In this document: in pieces, positions 50,815 through 59,607 of the stretch | Numbering within the stretch: position 1 is the first letter of the stretch | How the letters are laid out: every line of letters begins with the position of its first letter | DNA from: Candidatus Omnitrophota bacterium | GTDB lineage: Bacteria > Omnitrophota > Gorgyraeia > Tantalellales > Tantalellaceae | Assembly (NCBI GenBank): GCA_024277375.1 | Contig: JAJRVD010000041.1 | Coordinates: 2,323-66,322 of the forward strand | DNA length: 64,000 nucleotides | Reading direction: 5' to 3' | Made by a program: the position numbers and the translations under genes | The notes under the pieces: model-generated | The model's database searches: none | Told to the model about the DNA's origin: nothing | The model's input: only the letters and a program-made list of their open reading frames with translations

Positions 50815-51354
50815 ATGGCAAAGAGCATACTCCTGGGAGTAACCGGAAGCATCGCCGGCTATAAGGCGTGTGACCTGGTAAATATCTTCCGAAAAAAAGG
50901 ATATTCCGTCCGCTGTGTGATGTCCCGTGACGCGAAGTGGTTCATTACACCTCTTACCCTTGAGACGTTGACGGGGAAGAAAGTGATCAAAAAGATGTTC
51001 CCCCTCCAGGAAGAAAGAGACCCTGTACATATATCTCTCGCTGACGAAGCGGATCTCATACTGATCGCTCCGGCAACGGCCGATATTATCAGTAAGATCG
51101 CCGGCGGGATATGCGACGAAATATTAACTTGTACGGTATGTGCCGCGACGAGTCCGGTGCTTATCGCGCCCGCTATGAATGACAGGATGTTTAACAATCC
51201 CATAATACAGGACAACATAAAGTATTTAAGAGATAAAGGATACCACTTTATTGATCCTGTTAGGGGACATCTCGCGTGTGGTTATGAAGGTGTCGGACAC
51301 CTTGCTCCCGTAGAAAAAATTGTCGACGAAGCCGAAAAGATACTAAAGGCCTAA
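50815..51354 (+). CDS. coaC: Phosphopantothenoylcysteine decarboxylase
   Basis: LGVTGSIAGYKA, APATA, APAMN and LACG..G.G motifs. Confidence 0.92.
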   Translation: MAKSILLGVTGSIAGYKACDLVNIFRKKGYSVRCVMSRDAKWFITPLTLETLTGKKVIKKMFPLQEERDPVHISLADEADLILIAPATADIISKIAGGICDEILTCTVCAATSPVLIAPAMNDRMFNNPIIQDNIKYLRDKGYHFIDPVRGHLACGYEGVGHLAPVEKIVDEAEKILKA

Positions 51355-51369
51355 CCTTTTTTCCCTAAA

Positions 51370-52017
51370 ATGGATAAAAATCCGTCTAATTCTATAAAAA
51401 TTCTTGTTACCGCGGGGCCTACCAGAGAGCCGATAGATCCGGTTAGATATATTTCCAATCTTTCCAGTGGAATGATGGGATACGAAATAGCCACGGAGTG
51501 CGAGAAACGCGGATTTGACGTCTGCCTTATAAGCGGCCCGGTAGAAATATCGCCGCCCAAGGGGGTTGATACGATATATGTAACTACCGCAAGTGAAATG
51601 AGAGACAAGGTTAATGAACAAATTGAAAGCTCCGGATGTATTATAATGACGGCCGCGGTATGCGATTTCAGGCCGGATAAGATCAAAGAACAAAAGATAA
51701 AAGAAGATGAAAGCTTAACCTTAAAACTCGTAAAAAATCCCGATATTTTAAAAGGAATAGAAAATAATAAGGATCTGGTGAAAGTAGGGTTTGCGCTGGA
51801 AACCGAAAACGCCGTCGAAAACGCCAAAAAAAAGATCAAGGAGAAATTTCTGGACTTGATCGTTCTCAACGAGAAGACCGAAAGCAACGAACCTTTTGGA
51901 CCGGGTGAAAAGAGGGCCAGGATCCTTGACAATAAAGGAAACATCAAAGAATTCAATAAAGTTACAAAGCCGGAACTGGCCCGGGTTTTGATCGACGAGA
52001 TAGAGGGGCTTTTATGA
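51370..52017 (+). CDS. coaB: Phosphopantothenate-cysteine ligase
   Basis: VTAGPTREPIDPVRYISN.SSG, AAVCDFRP and VGFALET motifs. Confidence 0.92.
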   Translation: MDKNPSNSIKILVTAGPTREPIDPVRYISNLSSGMMGYEIATECEKRGFDVCLISGPVEISPPKGVDTIYVTTASEMRDKVNEQIESSGCIIMTAAVCDFRPDKIKEQKIKEDESLTLKLVKNPDILKGIENNKDLVKVGFALETENAVENAKKKIKEKFLDLIVLNEKTESNEPFGPGEKRARILDNKGNIKEFNKVTKPELARVLIDEIEGLL

Positions 52018-52454
52018 GCAAGAAAGCCCGTACAAACAATAGTGGATTTACGCTGGGAGAGTTAGTGGTTGTTTTTGCCATAGTATTTATAGTCGGAGCG
52101 CTTTTGACCCCGGTCGTTAAGTATAGCCAGAGAAGAACAGATAAGATATTATGCGCTAACAACTTACGGGAATTGGGTCTGGCTTTGTACATATATGCTC
52201 AGGAGAATGAGGGCAAGTTTCCTGTGGCGTTGAAAACGCTTTATGAAGAGCATTATTTAGCCGATCCGAAGTTCACGGATTGTCCCGCGGCAGTCGCGCG
52301 CGGTCCGGGTATCTCCGGCGATTATATATATACGTCGGGATTATCGGCGAGATCTCCCTCGGGCCAGGTTCTTGTGAGGGATAAGTCGAAGAATCACTCC
52401 TCCGGGGGCAAAAATGTTCTTTATGTTGACGGCAGTGTTGCATGGGAAGGGTAA
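52014..52454 (+). CDS. Prepilin-type protein with C-terminal H-X-DG motif (DUF1559-like)
   Basis: G/FTLGEL cleavage motif, C.NNLRELGLA..IY, and NH...KNVLYVDG.V. Confidence 0.8.
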   Translation: MSKKARTNNSGFTLGELVVVFAIVFIVGALLTPVVKYSQRRTDKILCANNLRELGLALYIYAQENEGKFPVALKTLYEEHYLADPKFTDCPAAVARGPGISGDYIYTSGLSARSPSGQVLVRDKSKNHSSGGKNVLYVDGSVAWEG

Positions 52455-52552
52455 AATTTAACTATTATTGACATTTTCAGCTTATTGTGATAATTTAACC
52501 AATTATTGTAACTGGAAACAGTGGACGTGTTTAGGATTATATATATATTAGG

Positions 52553-52626
52553 GGCGCGGTGGCCGAGAAGCTAGGCAGCGGTCTGCAAAATCGCGTACAC
52601 CGGTGCGAATCCGGTCCGCGCCTCCA
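52553..52626 (+). tRNA. tRNA-Cys (GCA), non-canonical D/T loops
   Basis: GGCGCGG...GCGGT CT GCA AA ATCGC...ACCGG TGCGAAT CCGGT CCGCGCC TCCA. Confidence 0.88.
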
Positions 52627-52641
52627 GAATAATCAAAGAGT

Positions 52642-52718
52642 GGGCGGTTAGCTCAGATGGTTAGAGCGCCACGTTGACATCGTGGAGGTCACCGGTTCGA
52701 TTCCAGTATCGCCCACCA
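52642..52718 (+). tRNA. tRNA-Val (GAC)
   Basis: CCACG TT GAC AT CGTGG anticodon arm; CCA end. Confidence 0.95.
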
Positions 52719-52767
52719 TTATATTTGCTTTGCAAAAATTGCGGAGCACCGAAACATTGATCAATCG

Positions 52768-52795
52768 GTAGGGGCGTATCGCGATACGCCCCTAT
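52768..52795. repeat. GTAG-type REP-like palindrome
   Basis: gtaggggcgtatcgcgatacgcccctat. Confidence 0.8.
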
Positions 52796-52810
52796 GTAGA
52801 ACACTTGGTC

Positions 52811-52896
52811 GGGCGAGTGGCGGAATGGCAGACGCAAAGGACTTAAAATCCTTCGGTTGTAAAACCATGAGGGTTCAAGTCCCTCCTCGCCCACCA
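52811..52896 (+). tRNA. tRNA-Leu (TAA)
   Basis: AAGGA CT TAA AA TCCTT anticodon arm; long variable arm; CCA end. Confidence 0.95.
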
Positions 52897-52912
52897 ATTT
52901 GATTTAGAAACG

Positions 52913-52940
52913 GTAGGGGCATATAGCCATACACCCCTAC
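52913..52940. repeat. GTAG-type REP-like palindrome
   Basis: gtaggggcatatagccatacacccctac. Confidence 0.75.
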
Positions 52941-52970
52941 AACATGTATTAATAGTTCCAAGGCGAAACA

Positions 52971-54740
52971 ATGGTTAAGAAAATAGACGAAAAATTACAG
53001 GACTTGAGGCATAGCGCATCGCACATTATGGCGGATGCGGTAAAAAAGCTATATCCGGGCGTTAAGCTGGGTATAGGTCCGGCTATTGATGACGGGTTTT
53101 ACTATGATTTCGATTTTACCGAATGCGAGGCAGCTTCAACAGGTGACTTAAATAACAATTTTTTAACGCCGGAAGATCTGCCAAAGATCGAAGAAGAGAT
53201 GAAAAAGATCATTAAGGCGGGTCTTGTGTTTGAACAGGAAACGGTCTCGAGGGAAGACGTTGAAAAAGTTTTGGCCAGAGATAAAGAGACCTATAAGCTG
53301 GAGCTGTTAAAAGAGTTGACGGATACGGAAATTTCTTTGTACAAACATGGTGATTTTGTTGATCTTTGCAAAGGACCACATGTTGAGAAAACCAGCCTGA
53401 TAGGCGCGTTTAAACTGTTATCTGTAGCGGGAGCTTATTGGAGAGGGAACGAGAACAACCCGATGTTGCAGCGCATATACGGTACCGCTTTTCGTGACAG
53501 AAAAGAACTCAAAAAGTTCTTAATGCTGAGAGAAGAGGCCAGGAAGAGAGATCACAGAAAACTTGGCAAGGAGCTGGAGTTGTTCAGTTTTAGTGATGTC
53601 GCGGGTGCGGGACTCGTTCTTTTTCATCCTAAGGGAGCGATGCTTCGTCAGACAGTAGTCGACTATATAACAAAAAAACATCTCCAAAAAGGATACGAGC
53701 TTATTTCAAGTCCTCACATTTTTAAAAGTGATATATGGATGAAGTCGGGCCACTATGACTATTACAAAGACAATATGTATATTTTTGAAAAAGATGATCA
53801 GGAATATGCCGTTAAACCCATGAACTGTCCCGGGCATATACTTGTCTACGCGTCGCGCGTCAGGAGTTACAGGGAGCTGCCGATAAGATATTTTGAGTTG
53901 GGAAGTGTATACAGGCATGAAAAATCAGGTGTGCTCCACGGTCTTTTGCGTGTAAGGGGTTTCACCCAGGATGACGCGCATATCTTTTGTTTACGGGAAC
54001 AGGTTGAAGAGGAAGTTGTCGATGTTATTGATCTTGTGGCAGAGGTGCTTGAGGTGTTCGGGTTTACGGACTTTGAAGTTGAACTTTCGACGAAGCCCGA
54101 AAAGTATATAGGCTCGGATGAGGATTGGGAAGAGGCCACGAACGCTTTAAAAAAGGCACTTGAAGCAAAAGGGATAGAGTACGATATAAACGAAGGTGAC
54201 GGCGCGTTCTACGGTCCTAAAATAGATATTAAACTGAAAGACGCTTTAGGCAGGTCATGGCAATGCGCGACGGTGCAATGTGATTTTGCTCTACCCGAAA
54301 GATTTGACCTGACATACGCTGATAAAGACGGGAATAAGAAGAGGCCGGTGGTTCTTCATCGCGTAGTTTTGGGAAGCTTAGAGAGGTTTATAGGCGCGTT
54401 AATAGAACATTATGGCGGAGACTTCCCGTTGTGGCTCGCGCCGACTCAAGTAATGATCGTACCGATAACGGAAGAACAGGTCGACTATGGCCTGGAAATA
54501 AAGAAAGAACTTTGCGCCAGGGGCATGAGGGCGGAAATAGATGTGCGAGGCGAGAAAATGCAGAAAAAGATCCGTGACGCGGAGTTGACAAAAATACCGT
54601 ACATGGCGGTTATTGGCGCCAGAGAAAAAGACAATAAAGAGATTTCCTTAAGAGGACGCAAAAAAGGGAATATTGGTGTTATGGGCCAGGAAGATTTCTT
54701 TGAGATGTTGACCAAAGAGGTCGAGAAAAAAACAGCGTAG
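52971..54740 (+). CDS. thrS: Threonine-tRNA ligase (short form lacking TGS domain)
   Basis: RHSASH, GFYYDF, DLCKGPH, RDHRKLG, KPMNCPGH and GAFYGPKID motifs. Confidence 0.97.
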   Translation: MVKKIDEKLQDLRHSASHIMADAVKKLYPGVKLGIGPAIDDGFYYDFDFTECEAASTGDLNNNFLTPEDLPKIEEEMKKIIKAGLVFEQETVSREDVEKVLARDKETYKLELLKELTDTEISLYKHGDFVDLCKGPHVEKTSLIGAFKLLSVAGAYWRGNENNPMLQRIYGTAFRDRKELKKFLMLREEARKRDHRKLGKELELFSFSDVAGAGLVLFHPKGAMLRQTVVDYITKKHLQKGYELISSPHIFKSDIWMKSGHYDYYKDNMYIFEKDDQEYAVKPMNCPGHILVYASRVRSYRELPIRYFELGSVYRHEKSGVLHGLLRVRGFTQDDAHIFCLREQVEEEVVDVIDLVAEVLEVFGFTDFEVELSTKPEKYIGSDEDWEEATNALKKALEAKGIEYDINEGDGAFYGPKIDIKLKDALGRSWQCATVQCDFALPERFDLTYADKDGNKKRPVVLHRVVLGSLERFIGALIEHYGGDFPLWLAPTQVMIVPITEEQVDYGLEIKKELCARGMRAEIDVRGEKMQKKIRDAELTKIPYMAVIGAREKDNKEISLRGRKKGNIGVMGQEDFFEMLTKEVEKKTA

Positions 54741-54826
54741 AGCGCACAGCGTAAATCGAATAGTTTTAGTGGGGCGGTCGAGGAAGAATCAAACGGAATT
54801 TATCTAAACGCTGTCCGCTCTACGCT

Positions 54827-54994
54827 TAGGGTTATGCAAAATGGAACTTTCGTAATTCGTTTGGAGTATGGCCGCAGACAATTACAGTATATTGTAGGGG
54901 TTCGATTCATCGAACCCGACATAAAGGGCTTGATGAATCAAGCCCCTACATTGTGACACAGTTTGATTTGAAAACGGCGTTTTGCGGAACTCTA
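54827..54994. mobile_element. Outer element B (TIR TAGRGTT..GCAAAA) containing MITE-A copy 9 (54850-54965)
   Basis: tagggttatgcaaaa...ttttgcggaactcta; the interior matches the reverse complement of 17744-17901. Confidence 0.75.
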
Positions 54995-55020
54995 GCTGTA
55001 CGTTAAATAAGGAGGTAGTT

Positions 55021-55596
55021 ATTTCAAAGAACATAAGCTTTAACAGGAACAGGGGAAGAGTCTTTGATAAAACCAGGATCAATACCTGGATAAAGGTTCC
55101 GCAGGTTCGGTTAATTGACGATGAAGGTAATCAGCTGGGGGTGGTGGACACACATGTAGGGCTTAACCTGGCCAGGGAAAAAGGTCTGGATATAGTAGAG
55201 GTTTCGCCAACGTCAAAGCCTCCGGTATGCCGGATAATGGATTACAGTAAATATAAGTACGAGCAGGAGAAAAAACGAAAACTCGCTAAGAAAAAACAGC
55301 ATGTAACGCATATAAAGGAAATGAGATTCAAGCTACGTATTGAGAACCATGATTATCAAGTTAAACTGAAAAGCATAAAAGAGTTTTTGGGAAATAAAGA
55401 TAAGGTGAGGATCTTGCTGAGGTTCAGAGGCAGAGAGAACGCCCATAAGGAATTAGGGGTAGAGCTGTTCAATAGAATAGCTAATGATGTTTCCGCTCTT
55501 GGCGAGATGGAAACATCTCCAAAGGCAATGGGCAGAACGGTGAGCGTAACGATAGCTCCTAAGGCCGCGGAACCCGAAAACGAAGAAAAAAAATAA
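55021..55596 (+). CDS. infC: Translation initiation factor IF-3 (probable ATT start)
   Basis: RIN..I....VRLID and [14 protein letters not shown] motifs; AAGGAGGT SD lies just before the in-frame ATT. Confidence 0.93.
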   Translation: MSKNISFNRNRGRVFDKTRINTWIKVPQVRLIDDEGNQLGVVDTHVGLNLAREKGLDIVEVSPTSKPPVCRIMDYSKYKYEQEKKRKLAKKKQHVTHIKEMRFKLRIENHDYQVKLKSIKEFLGNKDKVRILLRFRGRENAHKELGVELFNRIANDVSALGEMETSPKAMGRTVSVTIAPKAAEPENEEKK

Positions 55597-55625
55597 GAAT
55601 AAACACAAAAAGAGGTGAAGATAAG

Positions 55626-55823
55626 ATGCCAAAACTAAAAACGAACAAGGGTGCGCAAAAACGGTTTAAATTAACTAAAACCGGAAAAGTGAAGAGACAG
55701 AAGGAAGGTGCAAGGCATATTCTTACGAAAAAAACAAAGAAACGTAAGCGTTCGCTAAGGACTGCCACTACGGTGGATAAAACTATTGAAAAAAAGATAC
55801 GCAGCTTAATGCCATATGCGTAG
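55626..55823 (+). CDS. rpmI: 50S ribosomal protein L35
   Basis: MPKLKT.KGA.KRFK.T.TGK...H.LTKK. Confidence 0.95.
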   Translation: MPKLKTNKGAQKRFKLTKTGKVKRQKEGARHILTKKTKKRKRSLRTATTVDKTIEKKIRSLMPYA

Positions 55824-55848
55824 TAGAGTGTAAAAGAAGGAGAAAGAG

Positions 55849-56199
55849 ATGCCACGAGTAAAACATGCGTCAAGCTCGCTTAAAAGAAGAAAAAAGACCC
55901 TTAATGCCGTAAAGGGACAACGCGGATCAAGGTCTAAATTGCTTAGAACGGCTAAAGAGGCTGAACGTAAGAGCATGATCTCAAGCTACATCGACAGGAA
56001 AAAGAAAAAAAGTAATTTTCGGTCATTGTGGATCACACGGATCACCGCGGCTTGTAAAGCGGAAGGAACTTCTTACAGCAAGTTTATCGCGGGACTTAAA
56101 AAAGCGAACATCGAGCTTGACCGGAAGATCCTGGCGGATCTTGCGGAAAACGACGCGAAAGCGTTCAAAACACTCATAAAACAAGTTGCGGTAAAATAA
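55849..56199 (+). CDS. rplT: 50S ribosomal protein L20
   Basis: [14 protein letters not shown] and [10 protein letters not shown] motifs. Confidence 0.95.
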   Translation: MPRVKHASSSLKRRKKTLNAVKGQRGSRSKLLRTAKEAERKSMISSYIDRKKKKSNFRSLWITRITAACKAEGTSYSKFIAGLKKANIELDRKILADLAENDAKAFKTLIKQVAVK

Positions 56200-56297
56200 A
56201 TGAGACCACAGCTTATGGAGCAAAGTGACATAAGCTGTGTGGACGAATTTATTCCCGCGGAAGCGGGGAGTCATGGAAGAAATAGATTTCCGTTTTT

Positions 56298-56416
56298 CAG
56301 ACTGTGTCATAATGTAGGGGCTTGATTCATCAAGCCCGTTATATCGGGTTCGATAAATCGAACCCCTACATTATGTTGTATGCGGCCACCCGCGAAACGA
56401 ATTACGACACAGCCTG
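56298..56416. mobile_element. MITE-A copy 10, inside a GATTYCCG...CGGGAATGAC repeat
   Basis: 119 bp; flanks gatttccgttttt / ttcacgggaatgac. Confidence 0.88.
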
Positions 56417-56445
56417 TTCACGGGAATGACAGTGGAAACTAAACT

Positions 56446-57789
56446 ATGGGAAGGTTAACTCCTCCACAAGTCTTGATATTGAGTTTTCTGTGCGCGATAC
56501 TGATCGGCACGGCAGCGTTGTCGTTGCCGATTGCTACAGAAGGTCCGGAGAGAATGACGTTGGTAGATAGTCTTTTTACCGCTACCAGCGCTACATGTGT
56601 TACCGGGCTTATTGTAAAAGACACATCGAGTCATTTTGCTACGTTCGGGAGATGGGTTATCTTCGCGTTATTTCAAATGGGCGGCTTGGGGATAATGACC
56701 TTTTCGACCCTTTTTGCCGTAATGCTGGGGAAAAAGCTGGGCTTCCTGGAAACCGATATTCTTCGGAATACTCTGGATAAACACAACATTCTTGGATTAA
56801 AAAAGCTTATCGTGTATATTTTAGGTATCACGGTAGCCACCGAAGCTATCGGTGCCGCGGTTTTGTTTTTCAGGTGGCGGATGATAACGGATTGGACTGT
56901 TGTGGCAACTCTGGAAAAGTCTATCTTTCACGCTGTATCGGGATTTTGTAACGCGGGCTTCGCTCTGTTCGCGAACAGCCTGGAAAGTTTTAGCGCGGAT
57001 CCGGTAATAAACCTGATAATGATAGCGCTTATATTTTTAGGCGGTATCGGATTCGTCGTTATTCTGGATTCTTTAGGGCTTTTATATAAACGCGGTCCGG
57101 AGAGAAGACTTAGCCTCCAGTCAAAGATAGCGCTTACGACATCTTTGGTTCTTATAGTGGTGGGAGCGCTTTTAATATTTATTTTTGAAAAAGATAATCT
57201 CTTGAGAGTTATGTCCTGGCCTCAACGTTTGTGGGCTGCCACGTTCCAGTCGGTAACGGCAAGGACTGCCGGGTTTAATACGATACCTATAGGCCAGATG
57301 GCGACACCTACTCTTTTGTCTCTGGTGTTTTTGATGTTTATAGGGGCATCACCCGGTTCGACAGGTGGCGGAATAAAGACCTGTACCTTTGCTATTTTAA
57401 TAGCGGCGGTAGCTACTATGATAAGGAACAGAAAGCATGTCAGGCTCTATAATCGTTCCATACCAACCCAAGTTATACGAGAGTCTATAGTAATATTTCT
57501 TTTGGCGGGTGCTTGGGTGTTTATTTTTACGGTAGTACTCACCTGGGTAGAAGCGGGCCACGCGGGCGGTACGAGCTTGATGAAATCTTTATTTGAAATA
57601 GTTTCAGCTTTTGGCACGGTAGGTCTTTCAACGGGTATAACAGAAGGGCTTAGCAGCGCGGGTAAATTATGTGTAACCGCGACGATGTTCGCGGGAAGGC
57701 TGGGACCGTTAACGCTTGCTTTGGCCATAGCTTTTAAAGAAAGAAAAGAAAGTTATCGTTTTCCGGAAGAAAGCGTAATGGTAGGATAA
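56446..57789 (+). CDS. KtrB/TrkH family potassium uptake membrane subunit
   Basis: FTATSATCVTGL, FCNAGF, RTAGF, SPGSTGGGIK and SAFGTVGLS motifs. Confidence 0.93.
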   Translation: MGRLTPPQVLILSFLCAILIGTAALSLPIATEGPERMTLVDSLFTATSATCVTGLIVKDTSSHFATFGRWVIFALFQMGGLGIMTFSTLFAVMLGKKLGFLETDILRNTLDKHNILGLKKLIVYILGITVATEAIGAAVLFFRWRMITDWTVVATLEKSIFHAVSGFCNAGFALFANSLESFSADPVINLIMIALIFLGGIGFVVILDSLGLLYKRGPERRLSLQSKIALTTSLVLIVVGALLIFIFEKDNLLRVMSWPQRLWAATFQSVTARTAGFNTIPIGQMATPTLLSLVFLMFIGASPGSTGGGIKTCTFAILIAAVATMIRNRKHVRLYNRSIPTQVIRESIVIFLLAGAWVFIFTVVLTWVEAGHAGGTSLMKSLFEIVSAFGTVGLSTGITEGLSSAGKLCVTATMFAGRLGPLTLALAIAFKERKESYRFPEESVMVG

Positions 57790-57806
57790 TCTAACAGGAG
57801 GATCCC

Positions 57807-58481
57807 ATGAAACAGTTTGCTGTTATAGGTTTAGGGCGGTTCGGATCCAGTGTGGCGGCGGCACTTGCGGAAAAAGGACAGCAGGTTATCGCGATCGATA
57901 CTAACGAAGATCTGGTGCACGATGTGATGGATATCGTTACAAAAGCGGTATGTATGGACGCTACTGATGAAAAAGCGGTTAAGTCCGTGGGGATACAAAA
58001 TGTTGATGTGGCTATATGTGCCATAGGCACGGACATTGAAGCTAGTATTTTGATAACACTGTTGTTGAAAGATCTTGGTATTCCCGTGATCATAGGAAAT
58101 GCAGTGAGCACAGCCCATAAAAAAGTTCTCGAAAGGGTAGGGGCTACAAAAGTTATTCAGCCTGAAAAAGATATGGGCAAGAGGATAGCCGATACTTTGA
58201 CCTCTGTGACCGACACGGTAATAGACCATGTAGGGATTTCGGAGAATTCCAGTGTTATAGAACTTATCGCTCCGGAAGAATTTGTTGGCCAGACTTTGAG
58301 GGATCTGGACATCAGAACACGGTTTGGCGTAAATGTCATAGCTATTAAGAGGAAGGCGGATAAAAATTCAGATGAGACGATCAATATAACTCCCCAGGCG
58401 GATGATGTTGTCGCGAAAGAAGATGTGCTGATCCTGTTTGGAGAGAACGCTAAGATCGAAAACCTAAATAAAAAAAGCTGA
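57807..58481 (+). CDS. KtrA/TrkA family RCK subunit
   Basis: FAVIGLGRFG and PEKDMG motifs; RCK_C domain. Confidence 0.92.
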   Translation: MKQFAVIGLGRFGSSVAAALAEKGQQVIAIDTNEDLVHDVMDIVTKAVCMDATDEKAVKSVGIQNVDVAICAIGTDIEASILITLLLKDLGIPVIIGNAVSTAHKKVLERVGATKVIQPEKDMGKRIADTLTSVTDTVIDHVGISENSSVIELIAPEEFVGQTLRDLDIRTRFGVNVIAIKRKADKNSDETINITPQADDVVAKEDVLILFGENAKIENLNKKS

Positions 58482-58485
58482 ACAA

Positions 58486-59508
58486 ATGAACGCGTTAGAA
58501 AAACTTGAAAAAATAAAAATAGATGTTGAGACGGCTCTGGCAGAGGCCAAGGGCGCGCAAGAGGTAGATTCGGTCAGAGTGAAATACTTGGGGCGAAAAG
58601 GTGAGCTTACGTCAATTTTGAGATCTCTATCTGATCTTTCAAAGGAAGAAAAAGCCGAGGTCGGAAAACGCGCAAATATACTAAAAGGTGAACTTGTCGC
58701 GAAGTTTACTCAAGCGCAAAACGCGATGGAATCAGAACAGTCAAATTCCGTGGGAAAAGAAATAGACGTAACTCTACCGGGGATCGCTCCGAGAGTGGGA
58801 ACCGTTCATCCCTTAACCCGGGTAATGGTACGGATTAACGAAATATTGATCTCGCTCGGGTTTAAAATAGCGGAAGGACCGGAGATAGAATCAGAATTTT
58901 ATAATTTTGAAGCGCTGAACATCCCCTTAGATCATCCTTCTCGAGACGCGTTTGATACGTTCTATATCGATAAGGAATATCTTCTTAGAAGCCATACGTC
59001 TAACGTACAGATACATGTTATGCAAAATCAAGCTCCTCCGCTTCAGGTTATTATGCCCGGCAGGGTCTACCGGCCCGACGCGGTAGATGCTTCACATTCT
59101 TTTATGTTCCATCAGGTCGAAGGGCTTATGGTCGACAAAGGGATAAAGTTTTCTGACCTTAAAGGCGTGCTTTCAATGTTTTGTAAGACAATGTTCGGTA
59201 AAGATATAGAGACGAGGCTCAGGCCTCACTTCTTTCCGTTCACCGAACCCAGCTGTGAAGTTGATATTTCCTGTATAATGTGTATGGGCAAAGGATGCCG
59301 TGTATGCTCAGGTAACGGCTGGCTGGAGATCCTGGGAGCGGGGATGGTGAATCCTAAGGTGTTTGAATCCGTAGGATACGATCCGAACGAATACACGGGT
59401 TTTGCTTTTGGGATGGGAGTTGAAAGAATAGCCATGCTTTTGTACGGGATAGAAGACATTAGATTATTTTATGAAAATGATGTAAGATTCTTGAAGCAGT
59501 TTAAATAA
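58486..59508 (+). CDS. pheS: Phenylalanine-tRNA ligase alpha
   Basis: NFEALNIP..HP.R, FHQVEGL, FPFTEPS and GFAFGMGVER motifs. Confidence 0.97.
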   Translation: MNALEKLEKIKIDVETALAEAKGAQEVDSVRVKYLGRKGELTSILRSLSDLSKEEKAEVGKRANILKGELVAKFTQAQNAMESEQSNSVGKEIDVTLPGIAPRVGTVHPLTRVMVRINEILISLGFKIAEGPEIESEFYNFEALNIPLDHPSRDAFDTFYIDKEYLLRSHTSNVQIHVMQNQAPPLQVIMPGRVYRPDAVDASHSFMFHQVEGLMVDKGIKFSDLKGVLSMFCKTMFGKDIETRLRPHFFPFTEPSCEVDISCIMCMGKGCRVCSGNGWLEILGAGMVNPKVFESVGYDPNEYTGFAFGMGVERIAMLLYGIEDIRLFYENDVRFLKQFK

Positions 59509-59521
59509 GTTGCAGAGAATA

Positions 59522-59592
59522 CACACCGGGTTTGGGACGAAGTCCCAAACCGACGAAGTCCCAAACCCCGACGAAGTCCCAAACCCGGTGTG
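59522..59592. repeat. Palindrome with triplicated arm
   Basis: cacaccgggtttgggac...gtcccaaacccggtgtg, with gacgaagtcccaaacc present three times. Confidence 0.85.
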
Positions 59593-59607
59593 GAAACGGT
59601 CAACATT

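Noticed and set aside
27298-51369. Genetic-code reassignment suggested by in-frame stops (giant gene TAA, rsmI TAG, coaC/coaB TAA)
   Set aside because: Different codons are involved, and TAA, TAG and TGA all end many conserved genes here at their expected positions.
50815-52017. coaBC as a broken fusion gene
   Set aside because: The two ORFs are in frame and coaB lacks a clear SD, but both are full-length domains and separate coaC/coaB genes are known.
55021-55023. ATT start of infC as a novelty
   Set aside because: This is a well-known autoregulatory feature of infC.
59536-59585. Triple 16-bp repeat as a mini-CRISPR
   Set aside because: The spacers are only 0-2 bp, which indicates slippage at a palindrome.
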